Assembly (NCBI GenBank): GCA_043228905.1
Contig: JBHGNT010000017.1
Location: 4,216,001 to 4,280,000 of the forward strand
Direction of reading: 5' to 3'
Length of the DNA stretch: 64,000 nt
DNA from: Azolla caroliniana
Lineage: Eukaryota > Plantae > Polypodiophyta
The translations under genes were made by a program, and so were the position numbers. Every line of letters begins with the position of its first letter. Within the stretch, counting starts at the first letter, position 1. The notes beneath the pieces were generated by a model that saw only the letters and a list, made by a program, of their open reading frames with translations, ran no database searches and had not been told where the DNA came from. Of this stretch, positions 11,053 through 25,022 are shown piece after piece.

Positions 11053-13131
11053 TGTTAAAACCCCCGAACAAAGGAGGTCTGAGTTAGTCGAGATGTCGAG
11101 TTCGATGAATCGGCATCGTGGTACTCCTTAGCGGCTCCGACTTCCGAATCCAACCCGATGCCGGAGGATGAGGCTAGTGCCCCTGAACCGGCCCAGGCAG
11201 ATGATGATGAAGCGTGGACTCAGGATGAGAGTCCGGAATCGTTTTGGTTGAGTGGGTCGAACGAGAGACTGAGTCAATCTGACCAGTCCGATGAGGAACC
11301 GACGAGTAGTGGAGACTCTGTCGTGCACTCCCCGCGCAAGGAACCGATGAGACGGTTCACGCGCAAAGAGAAGGGGAAGAAGAAGATGCCGGAATTCGAA
11401 ACCGGCAACGATGAGTCGGATCGGTGTGTGTCCGACTCCGTCAAGAATAATGGCGGATCTTCGGCAACGAAGACCAATCCGGCCAAGAAAGGCCTAAAAT
11501 CGGGTAACGATGAGTTACGTCAGTCTATCCGCAAGAAGGATCCTGTCAAATGGTACGGGTACAATGAGTACATGGCGCATCACTACGCATACATGACTAA
11601 GGTGGCGGAAGTGCATGAGCCAGGGAGCTACGCAGAAGCGGCAAAGGACGCAAATTGGCGTGCCGCTATGGACGAAGAAATGCGGGCACTCGCTGCCAAC
11701 GAGACATGGGACCTGGTTGACCCTCCTCGTCACTGTAAACCGATCAGATGCAAGTGGGTGTACAAAGTAAAGTACAACGCCGACGGTTCAGTTAACCGGT
11801 ACAAGGCCCAGTTAGTGGCGAAGGGATATGCGTAGACCCACGGAATCGACTACGACGAGACCTTCACTCCTGTAGCGAAGATGACGACGGTTCGAGTGGT
11901 GCTGGCGGTTGTTGCGGTAAGGGGGTGGCATCTTCATCAAATGGATGTGAAGAATGCATTTCTTCAAGGTGATCTTGAAGAAGAAGTCTTTATGACTCAG
12001 CCTCCCGATTTTCAATCGGAAATGAACAAGTCAGCGGTATGCCGACTGAAGAAGTCGTTGTACGGCCTGAAGCAAGCCCCTCGAGCTTGGAATGCGAAGA
12101 TCACGCACAGGTTGCGTAAGATGGGGTTTGTGGCCTCAAAATCGGACTCTTCATTGTTCATCCGGCAAGGCTCAGTCAGACCGGTATGTATACTGTTGTA
12201 TGTTGATGATCTAGTCATCACCGGACCAGGAGTTCCAGAAATCAACCGCGTCAAGTCCCAGTTGTCGGACGCATTTGAGATGAAGGATCTGGGTGACCTT
12301 CATTATTTTCTAGGGATCGAGGTGATCCGAACCCCGGATGGCATATTTCTCTCACAACGACATTACGTCTTGAATATGTTGTACAAGTTCGGCATGACAG
12401 AAAGCCGACCTGTCTCCACACCCTTGGACCGGAACCAGAAGCTTCGTCCCAACTCCAGACCGGCCTGCAACGAGCAACGGTTCCGACAATTTGTCGGAAG
12501 CCTTATTTACTTGACTATCACGCGACCCGACATTAGCTATCCGGTCGGAATGATAAGTCAATACATGCAGAAGCCGACTGTGGAGCACCTTCAGTGTGCA
12601 CAGCGGATACTGCGATATGTAAGTGGCACGAAGGATTAGGGCCTGCTATACTGGCGCGGTATACCCGAAGAGCTGGTCAGTTACACAGATGCCAACTGGG
12701 CCGGCGATGCATCAAATCGCCGATCAACCTCCGGTTACATGTTTTCCCTAGGTAGCGCGGTTGTTGCGTGGAGCAGCAAAAAGCAGCCAACAGTTGCTCT
12801 ATCGAGCACTGAGGCTGAGTATCGGGGCGCTACCATTGCCATCTGTGAAGCCATTTGGCTTCGGCGATTGCTGCAAGACTTACGGATCGAGGTACCAACC
12901 CCGATTCTGGTCTACTGCGACAACATAAGCAGCATGCAACTCGCCAAGAACCCCGTATTCCATGCTCGCACAAAACACATAGAAGTGCACTATCACTTCG
13001 TGCGTGAGCGTGTCCTGAGCAGTGAGGTTGAACTTCAGTATGTTCACACGGATCGGCAAGTTGCAGACATCTTCACCAAACCCCTCAGCTCGGACAAGTT
13101 GCAGCACTTCACCGAAATGCTTGGTGTTTAG
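11053..13131 (+). pseudogene. Copia A pol, 3' part (INT C-terminus, RT, RNase H)
   Basis: Resumes after the TSD. WVYKVKY, QMDVKNAFL, LYGLKQAPRAW, YVDDL, SSTEAEY, HARTKHIEVHYHF and ADIFTKPL; in-frame stops. Confidence 0.92.
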
Positions 13132-13709
13132 CATCTCGATGTGCCACACTTGAGGGGGAGAACGGGCAAAGACACCGGAACGGGCAAAGGCAAAGAGACT
13201 ACCGATTGCGTTGCACCGGTGAGGGAAGAACAGAAGGCGGCAAAGTCAAGAAGGACAGAGCCGACCGAAGGAAGAAGGCCAAGACCCGAACATGGTCCGA
13301 TGTGATGAAAGGCTTGGAACCAGAAGACGAATCGGGAGCAACCAATTCAGACAAGAGTTGGAACGAATCAGAGACAGTCGATTCGGTTCAAAAGACAGAT
13401 TCGGAAGAACCGGATCAATTCAAGACCAAGCAGACATGAATGCAGCGGAAGTCGATGCCATCGCGGAGGAACCGACGGATCGATAAGCGTCGGAGTCATA
13501 GCAGCGAAGGAGCTGAGAGGGGCCTATTGAGCAGACATACCGACCGAGAAGTTCGAGGCGCGCAGAACAAGAGGGGTCGCGGCAAACAGAACCAGACCAG
13601 ACGAGGAGCGCGAGCAAGGCGAAACGACGCCAGGAGAAGTCAGTTGAAAGAACCGGTTGGCACAAAGACTGCCACTAAGATCCAACCTCAAGTTGAGCTT
13701 GAGGGGGAG

Positions 13710-14116
13710 TGTTGAGCGGCAAGCTCAACTAGAGCCGGATCGGCTGAATAAGCCTGAGCCGGCAAGCGAGACGGATCGGTAAGTTGTGAGCAACCGAGCC
13801 GGCAAGCAACAGAGCCGGTGAGCTGGGGAGCCGGTTAGCCGGATCCAATCACTAACCGGAAGCCTAGTATTAGTATAATAGACTACTAGGCAATTATAGT
13901 CTCGTAGTAAGTGTCAGATGCTCGTGTGAGCATTGAAGTACGCGGTACTTCTGTCAGTCCCACGAGGACTTGTATAAATAATGCTACTGAACATTGTTGT
14001 ATTGATGGTGTGCTTATATCGTTTGGAATATAGCTTTTACATTTTGCTCTCTCTTTCTCTCCCGTGTATTCCCTATGTTCTCTATTTTCTAACGCTTCCG
14101 CAAGTAATCGTTTACA
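13710..14116 (+). repeat. Copia A 3' LTR with AGCCGG-type short repeats in U3
   Basis: TG...CA ends directly after the PPT; multiple (G)AGCCGG motifs at 13732-13860; TATAAATA at 13973. Confidence 0.9.
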
Positions 14117-16960
14117 ACTAACACCAACTATCCAACGTGGGAACAAGGAGCGAGTCGGTAATGTATTGCTTGGCAACATGTGTCCATGATCACATGCTTA
14201 GCCACAGTTGAGACGCGAAGACGCCTAAAGAAGCATGGGAGAATCTCAAGTAGATTTTCGTCGTCAATACGACGACACACAAACTTCAACTTCAGCAATA
14301 GTTGAACAACATATGACAAAAAGATATGTCCATGTTGAACTACACCACCAAGATCAATAGCATTTGTGACTCACTTGGCTCCATCAACATAAACGTCGAC
14401 GAAGACGAGATGGTTCAAGTATGCTTGGGCCGCCTCGCAGAACGATTCGACTAATTAAGGATGTCAATCTTGGCGAGGGAAAACTCTCTTTTGTTCTTCG
14501 ACCTTCAATCAATGCTATTGGTTGAAGAGAACCACATCCGAACCAAGACCAAGACGTTGGAAGGACACTCGAATTCGGATGGTGGCCAAGGACGAGGCCG
14601 AGGCGGTAGAAGAGGTCAATTCGACCTATCTCAAGAAGGGAACTCAAACCTTTGACAACAAGACGGAATCCATTGAGGAACCTTCAGAAGAAAGAGGAGC
14701 TTCCATGCCAAACAAAATTGGCAAACGAGACCCACTACTTGCGGCTATTGCGGCAAAATCAGGCATCGAGAAGAGGACTGTCGGAAGAAGAGAAGTGAAT
14801 CAGCTTCGACAAGCCGATAACTCACAAATTATGCCATCAACTCTGAATACAACAATTATGGTGGGTTTTTCGTAATGAGACATACAACGAACTCTATGAC
14901 GGCCTCCGACTCCACAAGCACCTCCAACTCAGAAGATGTGTGGTCCATCGACTCCAGCGCCTCGCATCATATGGCATCACATCGAGAGTGGTTTCGTCAT
15001 TTAAGAATGCTGGATTGACCCAGCTACATAAAGACAAGAGACCACACCACACATTCCATTCGACACATCGGCAACGTTCCATTCGGCAATGAGGGCCAAA
15101 ACAATTGCATCAAGAATGTCTTGCACGTGCCCACAATAACAAATAATTTGGTCTTGGTCGGCCAAATCGTGGAGCAAGGCCAGCAAGTTCATTTCAACAA
15201 CGAAGGATGCTTCATCAAGAAAGATGATCGACTCATAGCTAAAGGACAAAGAGACGGTCGAATGTTCATTCTAGACTCGAACGAGGTGAAATCAGTCATG
15301 TATGCCAAAGGTCTCAAAAACGAGACGAACATCGAGTTGTGACACAAGAGAATCGGCCACATCAACCTCCAACGGCTTTGAGCAATGCAATCCAAGGGAG
15401 TCTTCATTGGGCTTCCGGCATTCGAGTCGAAACAAGTCGACCAAGTATACGAAGCATGCCAAATTGGCAAACAACATCAACTCCCATTTCCGAATGAGAG
15501 CTACGTAAGCAAAGGCCTCCTCAATGTCATACATTCGGATGTACGAGGACCGGCTCAAACGCCTCCCATTCCCGAAGGAGAGCTATGTAAGGAAAGGCCT
15601 CCTCGATGTCATACATTCGGATGTATGGGGACTGGCTCAAACGCCGACGATCAGCGAATGTCGATACTATGTCACCTTCATCGACAACTACTCCCGCTAC
15701 ACGTGAATCTTCCCAATGAAAAAGAAGAGTGAAGGGCTCTCCTACTACCAAAAGCTCAAGGTCCAAGTCGAAAAAGAAACCGGTTGGCACATTCGATGCC
15801 TAAGATCGGATGGAGGGAAGGAGTACTTCTCCGACGAATTCATCTCGTACCTCCAAGGTGAAGGCATACGGAGAGAATTTTCATGCCGACACACACCCCA
15901 ACAAAATGGAGTCTCTAAAAGGAAGAATCGACATATACTCGAGGTAGCACGCGCCATGATGCATGAGAAGCACATGTTGAACTTCTATTGGACCGAAGCG
16001 GCATCCACGGTCGTCTATCTCATGGAGTGCATGAGCCACCTCCATACGAGCTCCTTGTCGGAAGGAAGTTTATCCTGTTGCACCTCAAAGTGTTTGGAAG
16101 CATTGTGAATGTAGGCATCCCGGATGAAAATCAACAGAAGCCCGACACGAAGTCGGAGAAATGTATCCTCGTAGGATACTCGTCTGAGAAGAAGACATAC
16201 AAGTGCTTCAACCCTTCGACCCGAGTTGTTCGGGTAAATCGAGACACAGTCTTCAATGAATTGGCATCTTGGTATAAGCCTGATTCGGCTCCACCTGACC
16301 CGACGGAGGAAGAGTTGAATGTCAACTCAGATGATGATATTCAACCAAGTCCTTTACCAAAGGACAATCCAAGCCCTACCGAGCTAAGCTGACCACATGA
16401 GCCTTCAAGCCTTCCAAGTGCGTCTCAACTAGGGGTCGGATCGGACAAAGGCAAAGGTAAGATGCCCAAATATGAAGTCAACCACCCCAACGACAGTGAT
16501 TCGGATGTGTCGACTCCCTCACTAGACAGTGAGTTTAGTGTACCCATCATACATACACCCAGAGTAAAGAAGGCGATCACATTGGCAAGCGAAAAACTTT
16601 GACGCTCATCTAGAGAGAAGAATCCTATCACTCAGCTTGGCTACAACGAGTATATGGCCCATCATTATGCCTTCGCGATGAAGGTAGCGGCTGAACAAGA
16701 GCCTAAGGGTTCTACAGAAGTGGCTCGTGACCCACGATGGGTGGAAGCAGTCAGCCTTCGCCCACTTCACACTACAAGCCGTCTTCACCGGTTTGAGGGG
16801 GAGGAACGAAGACTGCCTCGAAAAGGTCGAAGCCGATGAAAGCCAAAGCGGACGGCGGACACCTCACACTTGAGCTTGAGGGGGCGTGTTGAGATATCAA
16901 GCTCAAATTTAGCTAGTTAGTCAACACACGTAACTTAGTAGTTACCTAGATAGAATCTAG
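14117..16960 (+). mobile_element. Older copia element B of a related family (5' end missing, RT/RNase H deleted)
   Basis: Starts mid-gag (YPTWEQG..., DAKTPKEAWENL) directly after the copia A LTR. PR IDSSAS and INT CLRSDGGKEY, with many stops. Jumps from DPRWVEAV to the PPT (16877-16886) and LTR start TGTTGAGATATCAAGCTCAA at 16887. LTR end not resolved. Confidence 0.85.
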
Positions 16961-19435
16961 TTAGTGTGCTGACCTTAAAGCCTTAAAAAGATTTTGTACT
17001 TGAGTGGGATACATTATAGATCCTCCACTCCCATGTTCACTTAATATAGGACTTACACCTTTGTACCTATATTCTACTCACATGTGCACCTTTGCACATG
17101 AGAAAAAATATATACCTCATTGTGGGTATTTTTGTATTTGATGATGCTTATTAATATAGAGAATGGTCTTTAGCTACACTCTTGTTAATCATCCCCCATT
17201 TATATTATTGTTCATAAGTGTATCTTCCTCTCACACACATACACACACAAATCACATAATATTCCACTACTTTATCAATACTCACTTAGTTAATTACCTA
17301 ATTATTAACACTTCTCCAATAAATACACGAGTTTTTGCACTTTTGGGACCATTCGTACATAGTCGACTTTTTGCATGCAAAAAATTATTCCTATTTCTTT
17401 TCTCTCCATCATATACATTTTAATGTTGTAGGATGCAAGTATTCAATAACTCATTAACATCATAAAAGCAAGGTTGTCCTAAGGAGGCCATAAGAGAGAA
17501 ATCATTTAAAATAAAATGTCCAAGTCTTGCATGGCAGTCATGACAAGAGAAAAATGAAAGAAATCATTAAATTGTAGAATATGAGAAATAAATGTGCAAT
17601 CATAATGAATGACATCATTATATAGGTATGTGTTTCCTAAGGAAAGTAACTTACACTAATGAGAAAGATAAAGTAACTCCTTTATGGATGACAACTCCAA
17701 GTTTGTAGTAACCTATGCATTTGCTCTCTCTCTCTCTCTCTCTAAGAACATAATTTTAATGGCTTTTAAAACCCCTCACTCATGCAAAGGTTTAACGCAC
17801 ATTTTTTGTCCTTGCCAAACAGCTTTAACTAACTCGTTACTCATCTACACCTCCCTTAACCATCTCCAAGCACAAATCCAATCATTGCCATAACACTAGG
17901 CATGTACTTTTGTTTCGTGGTTCAAGTTTAACACCTAGGAGACACATTCAACAATGTGCGACCATAAAAGGAAGAAGGCATTATTCGAGATTCTTTTTTG
18001 GTCCATGTTTAATTTGCTCTATATGTTCTTATTTGTTCCATCTGCGCACCCATCACTTTCTCATTAAAAAGTGATTAGCAATCAAAACTTTGTAATTTGC
18101 ATGACTTATTTTGTAATTAATGTAGGGAGTTAATATGCAAGAAGTCGCATCTTTTGCTAATGTATTTTGCAAGTGATTGGGAGCTTAACTTTGAATTATT
18201 TTCCATACAATAAACAAAAATTTGATAGCAAAGTTTGAAGAAAACTTTGTTGAAATTTGTCTTAAAGAACATTGCATGCAAGGATGTTTGTAACTACACT
18301 ATGAATTTCAAAACAATTGACCAAACAAAGTTTCTCTATGAATCAAAGCTAAAGAAAACTTAAGAACCACATTCTTGTTGACTATTACTCTTTTCTTAAT
18401 GACAAAGTTATTGAGAGAGAGAGAGAGAGAGAGAGAGAAAGAAAGAACAAAAGATCCGATAAAGAACCAAAAGCAAGAGCTTATGTAAAATAAATTTATT
18501 TAGATGAAGAGAGAATGTTCTATGAAGCACAAATTATTGCAAACCCACAGGAAAGAAAGGGTTTAGGGCTCAATCCACAAAGTACAAGAATTTCAATATG
18601 AGTTCATTTCAAAATTGAAATTCAGATTGAAATGATCTTCGTACATATAATTCTACCTTGCATTAGAGATTATTGCTATGCTAAATGACAACATGCTTTC
18701 TTTGAAAGAAGATCATGGTTGTCTTGTCATATGCCTAAGCTTAAGAACAATGTGCTTATGTTCAAGTTTTGTTGAGTTGACCATTGATGGTAAAACGGGG
18801 ATTGCCATCCAAAGTAAGAGAAATTCACCTTCAAACGGGGTGGCATGTGTTTAAATCTTGTGGTAATGGCTTATGCCTCTGGCAACTAGCAATGGTAAAG
18901 CTTTTTTTCCCTTTTCATAAACCATCACTAGGGGCCTATTGGAGAGTGATCAAGAATTGTTATCACCAAAAAGAAAAGGAATGTTATCAACTCTAATCAA
19001 AAGCAAGTGCTTTATTCATTTATCAAGGTTTGTATGCCAATTGTGCATGAATAGGGTGATGATGCTCTTAATGATGAAAAGCTTGCTGTCTTTAGATTCG
19101 GTGGTTCCATGTGATGTTTTTTAAGGGTTGATTCTGCTCTTTTTCAGCAAATTTGTCCAATTAAATGTTCATAACCAAGAGAAAATATAACATTTCTTCG
19201 TGTTGCACCCAAAACTAGTTTTCTTGTTCTAATTCAATAAAACTCACTCTGGATGTTTACAACTGACAAAGAAATCATTCTCAACACGTTATTTTCTCCA
19301 TACAGACTCCTTTGTAAATAGTGAAACTAGTATGGTTCTTCCATGGATGCCTTCTTATGTGGCTGTGGCTTACATTATTGAGACGCTTTTTGTACATACA
19401 TTTGTACAGAGTTGTTCATTTCAACATGGAAGGTG

Positions 19436-22400
19436 TTACAAGAATACCTTCCTTTCCACTGTATGATGCTGAAACAAGATAACAAGTTGCCAATCACATC
19501 ACCAAGTATGCAAATGAAGCAATATTCCAATACAACATGGCATTGAGCATACCTCCCCAACTGGCTTGCTTGGAATTAGTGAGGTCTTGTTGAGATTCCA
19601 CGTAATACCACTGAGGGAAAGATACAAAGGGAAGCTTGAGTTAGAAGATTAAGAAAGCAAACTAATACACAAGGAGATATTCGCATGAACCACATGGTTC
19701 ATTAAGACTAAATTTGCATTATCAAGTTTTAAGTTCAAGTTGATATTAAGGGTTAACTTTAATCTCGCCGATGTAACAGATTAATTCACCCTATTCTATA
19801 TAGGTAGTTATAAGGGTCTTATAAGTTGTCCTAGTCTACGTAAGGAATTGACTTAGTTCCTAGATGGGTTTCACATTGCCTAGTTTAATAGAGATTTTCA
19901 AGCTTTTTGAAAGAAGATTTTAATAGCATAGCAACCAAAGAGTGATTTTTTATTTATGGTTCTTTCAAGAAATGGGATCTTCGATTCAAAGGCTTACTTC
20001 CAGGTACAGAATGAACCATAAGACAATGACTAGCTAGCTGGAAGTATTTGCTTGGGCCCTCTTTAATAGTCAGTGATAAAAACACAGAAATCCAACCTCA
20101 CTTAGTAAAGGAATTAACAGTCTTAAAATTTCACACAAGGTCTGTCACATTTGAAGTTAAGGTTTTTACCTATCCGAAACAACTAATTGCCAAACATATG
20201 GTACAAAAAATTCATCTGGGTGAGGTTCCTCCTCGTATGTGAATCGAAGTTGTGCCAGCATCTGGTCAGAGAAACAAAACATTATATATATATATATATA
20301 TAAACTTAGAAAAAACTTAAGACAATTATATCATTAGAATGGCTTTTAACTCAAATACATTTTACCTTCATGCCATCTCCCCGCCAAGACCTAGTATTGT
20401 CGATGATTACTTGGAGCACTGTTTCAACTGACCACTCTTCTTCCCGATCTTGGGAATCTATTCTAGAATTGAAGAAGTCGATGACCTGCAACAAACCATA
20501 TATGCATGTTATACATATATACATATGTTCTTTTCGAAGGAAAGAAACCATTCAGGATGAATGTGTTTAGGATAGATAGATATTACTGTAAAGAGGTTGT
20601 CCATAAGTTCTTTCAATTGTGGGTGGTTCCGGAAAGGCTGGAAGATCTCTTGCCTATGGAGGATCGCATACACCATCTGTAGAAATATACATAATCATGA
20701 AAAGAATGAATACATATTATTTGTTTAGCTTCAAACTTACAAAACAGATGAAAGCTCTGGAACACTCACCTCAGGGTTCTGTGGTAGTGCATAAGTCAAG
20801 ATGGCATTGATGATTTCCAAGACTATCCGTAGAACATCAGTATAAATGTGAATTTCTGTCGGCTGCAAATATTGCATGGATATGCCTTAAGAAAGCTATA
20901 ATTGATTCAGCGATGTAACTGATGGGAAAACTCACAAATGTAATTACTGATGTCAAAAAAGAGTTGATCAATGGTTTAATGATGAATATAGAAAAACTTA
21001 AATTTGTTCTTAAATGAGAAGCTTTGATTAGATTGAAGCACATAAAAACTATGTTCCACTCATTCTCAAGAAGAGTAGAGAATATTAAATAAAGAACAAA
21101 AAGAATATGCTATAATGCTTACCGAAAAAACTAAGAAAACATTGCAATGCTTGAAAGGAAAACTATACTTATGGTAGTAAAAAATAATACAACCTACTGA
21201 ATGCCTATCATAGAGTAAAACTATACTTATGGTAGTCAAAATAATACAACCTACTGAAATGCCTATCATAGAGTAAAAAGGTCACTCATAAGAAGCTATT
21301 TTATCACAAAAAGAGAATTCAGTAAATTTTGGATGTAGTGGATCAGGAAAGTTATGCCCAATTCTTTCCAACAGCTGCTCAAAGTTGATATGGCTTGGTA
21401 TGTACTAACGTCACAGTATTTATCCACCATATTTTCTCATGAATAACTCCTATATTCCTTCTGGAATTTATGGATATATTGGACTCCTTGTAAAAAAAAA
21501 TCGTCTTGATTATTATCAACTTCAGGTTATCTCCACAGATCGGTCTTCTCTTTTCTATCAGTGTTTTTGAAAGGTATGAGCACGGTGCTCATATCCGATT
21601 TTGTACATTAATGTTTTCAACATAATTACTGGTTTCCAATAAGAAAGAAAGACATTTACAGACATCCACTTTAAGGAACAGTTAATTATCCTATAAGATT
21701 GAGTTGTGATGTAGAAATGTATGCATGCACATGCATGATTTGTGCCACGGCCCACTATCCCATTTGGAAATGATGTTTTTGCACTAGTAAAAAATCGTTA
21801 TTGAATACGAATTCGCTAATACTACAGAATATAATCACTTTAAGAATTAAGTTAAGTTACATACAACATCCCTCCTATCATGTGCACCATCATCAGAGCT
21901 CAATTGCATATTGGAAGTATCAGTACTATGATTTTCCAGCTTCATATACCTGAAAGAATTATCAAAAGGAAAATTAACAAAACAGATCATAGATATGCAA
22001 AAGGTCCTTTTATTCTCTGACATTGCCATACACAACATACTTGTGTGACAGCATTTCAAAAAGGCTGACAAGCCTTTCAGTTGCATATGCATTCAATTTG
22101 TGTACATGTGGAGCCATGTTTGAAAGAATTGCCAAACCATTTGAGTATAAATAGACATCCTGAAAATTTAGAATACATTAATGATAAACGGCAAAACTAA
22201 CTATGAACGAAATTAATTTTATGCATTCAACTTACCCTCAATTTGGAGAGGTTGTATTTAACAATACGAATGAGAATAACAACCATTAATGAGCCTAGTG
22301 TTGTTTCTGTTGGAAGACGTTCTTTATACCACGGGACATCAGAAAGTACCTGACAACATAGGAAAAGCTATGGTTAAATTGTTTTCATTATGTTATCTAA

Positions 22401-24969
22401 CTCTCTCGTTATGCTTCTTCCATTGTCAGATTCTCCATTAGGAGGAGATAAATCCTAGGTGCATGACATGTCTTACCAGCTTGTGTATCGCTGCATTAAA
22501 TGATGCATCCTGACCAAGGATTAGAAGTATTATTAGCAACATGTAGACATGCTTCCGAGTTTTACTTGGTGCATCATACAGTGTTTCCAGCAAAGGCATG
22601 ACCTGAAGCATTGCATCCTAGTTAAACAAAACCAACAAACTATCAAAAAAACTTATGTCAATAACAACGTTGCTTACAAGTGTGTCCAGATCTGTTCGCA
22701 CCAAAACATACTCGAGGAAGAAAGGATTTCTATGCAGCAGAGTGTACAACAAAAGAACTGACATTTCATCTCTCAAATATCTGTAATGTAGGAAAAATGT
22801 ATGTTAATAAGAAATATATGAAGTACCAAAAGATAAAAATTGGAACTAAAATACAATAGCATGGCAACGGTATCTTAAGGTATTTAAACACAATTATAAA
22901 CGTTGGCACATAAAACACATCCAGCATCATATTACATAGAAACTATGTCAGTGACATAGCAAACTAAAGTATTATGTGAATGAACAAAAAGGTTTGTTTC
23001 CTCAAATATCATAAGATTATTCAGTTTCCATTTCTATTCTATTCTATTCTAATGTGTATATACTAGTCCTCTTTCATAACAATTGTGTAAGGAACTAAAT
23101 ATATATATGACCTAAGCCTCTATAAATCGAGAAACTCAATGCAACAAGAGTGTTATCTGCCTTTTATAACACATAGCTAAACACCCACAATGGGGAAACC
23201 CTCTTAGATATTATTCATAAAAATGTGATTTTGTATTAATTCATGCAAAACAATGCTAGTAACGCAGCAATATGGTGAGAGTTACATTCTGAGAAATGGT
23301 ATGGCGAGCATGAACCAGACAAACTTGAGAGAAGTTTGTATCCGTAATGTAACTAAAGATGGGTCTATGCAACCTACATGTTATGAAGGCAGCAGTTTAT
23401 CACAAGAATATGTTATAAAGCATTATTTTTCTATAACCTTAAGAATATGCTGTTTTAAAATAGAATATTGAAATAAATACATATGGCATCATGGCCATGA
23501 ACATTGACTTACAATCCCAAGATATCATATAGCGCTCTAAAGGGAACCCTTATCATAGCTCCTCCTTGACTATCTTCGTCTTTTTGGATAAGATCAACTG
23601 CTTTCCAAATATGCGAATACAAGGGTTTTATAAGTATCTCGAGTTTAATATATCCACAGTATCAGGATTACACAAATAATGAAGAACATAATTACATTCA
23701 CTATCCCTTGCCGAATCAAGGGCTTGAAGAAAGGAATTTTGCATCATGTGTTGTTGAGCAGGCAATGTTATAGCCACCATTTCTCCTTTACATTTGTCAG
23801 ATTTTCCATCTGTAGTGTCATCCTTTTGAAGGGATCTAGGGTAGTGTATCAGAGCTAAAAGCAGCAACAGACTATTCTTAGCAAGAGAATTTAACTCTGG
23901 TTTGCTGTTTGGGCTCAATAATGAATATGGCAACCGCAAAACACTCACTGCAAAGACATACAATGATAAACATTCAATATTTAAGAGCCAAATTCATAGT
24001 CCTTGCCATGGATGGACATTTAACAATCATTACTAACCAGCTGTTGAACCAACTACATGAAGCAATCCTTGGTCCCTGTTTGAGAAAGCCTTGTAATATG
24101 TTGTTTCCGCTGGCATGGTCAACCTGATTATATATGATGTAAGCAACTTTGACACAACACCCCTTACAAGAGCAAGATCCTGAAAAACAATATATACGAT
24201 ATTGTATTACTATTTATTTTTCAAAGAACAATAACTGCCGATAGAAACCACTTTTCCCAACAAAACTTAATTGGTTACGTGACCATTACGATACAGACTA
24301 GGTTTCATAGTACAGAAAGATCCTCAAACTCTTCGATACTAAAACATAGCACGTGTTACCTGCGACATTGCTGCTTCAAGGAACATATGGCCACCGTCTA
24401 TTGTAGTATAAAGCTGCGTTGACATCATGACAAAGAAAAGGTTCCCAACCTCCAAATGCAGCCAATATGTAGATGAGCTTCAAACAGAAAAGAAGTAAAC
24501 ATCCAAATCAAAAACATCATTATGATAACAAAAACTTTGGAAATAAGCATACTTACTTGATATCCGAGTTACTAATGAAAAAAAGCATGGATTTTACAAC
24601 AGATTGGACTACATTCTGATTACCTGATAAGCACACAAGGAATGTTTAGAGACATTGCAATTCTACCAAAAAACTATTTTTAAGTTGAGATGTTGACCAA
24701 TGTTTGGAAAAAAACCTTTTGAGAGCCCAATGCCTTCAGCATCCTTCTCATTCAGGCACAAGGATAAACAACTTTCCAAATTGGTTCTATGTTCAATCAC
24801 ATACTTGAGGAACACAATGGAAAATCGTGCTGCATTCAGAGCCTTCACAAGAGACAGTTCTGATCCAGGAGTACATGAAACACCTTCTAGTTTCCAGGCC
24901 AGGTGTAGAAGTAACTTAGCTAAGTGACATGTGAAAACACAATTCTGTGCTGCATGCATCCGGAAAAGA

Positions 24970-25022
<53 letters not shown>

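Larger units (their letters stand above)
2954..14116 (+). mobile_element. Ty1/copia LTR retrotransposon A (decayed; 5' LTR truncated; interrupted by a gypsy element)
   Basis: 5' LTR remnant 2954-3173 matches 13897-14116 of the 3' LTR (13710-14116, TGTTG...TTACA). PBS TGGTATCAGAGC (tRNA-iMet) at 3174-3185 and PPT TGAGGGGGAG at 13700-13709. Domain order gag (CWYCGKKGHRESEC), PR (VDSGAS), INT, RT (LYVDDL), RNase H is the copia order. Confidence 0.95.

Noticed and set aside
17000-19300. Possible genes in AT-rich intergenic DNA (also 27100-29900 and 37100-41800)
   Set aside because: Only short ORFs with no motifs or consistent splice structure; probably decayed repeats that I cannot assign.
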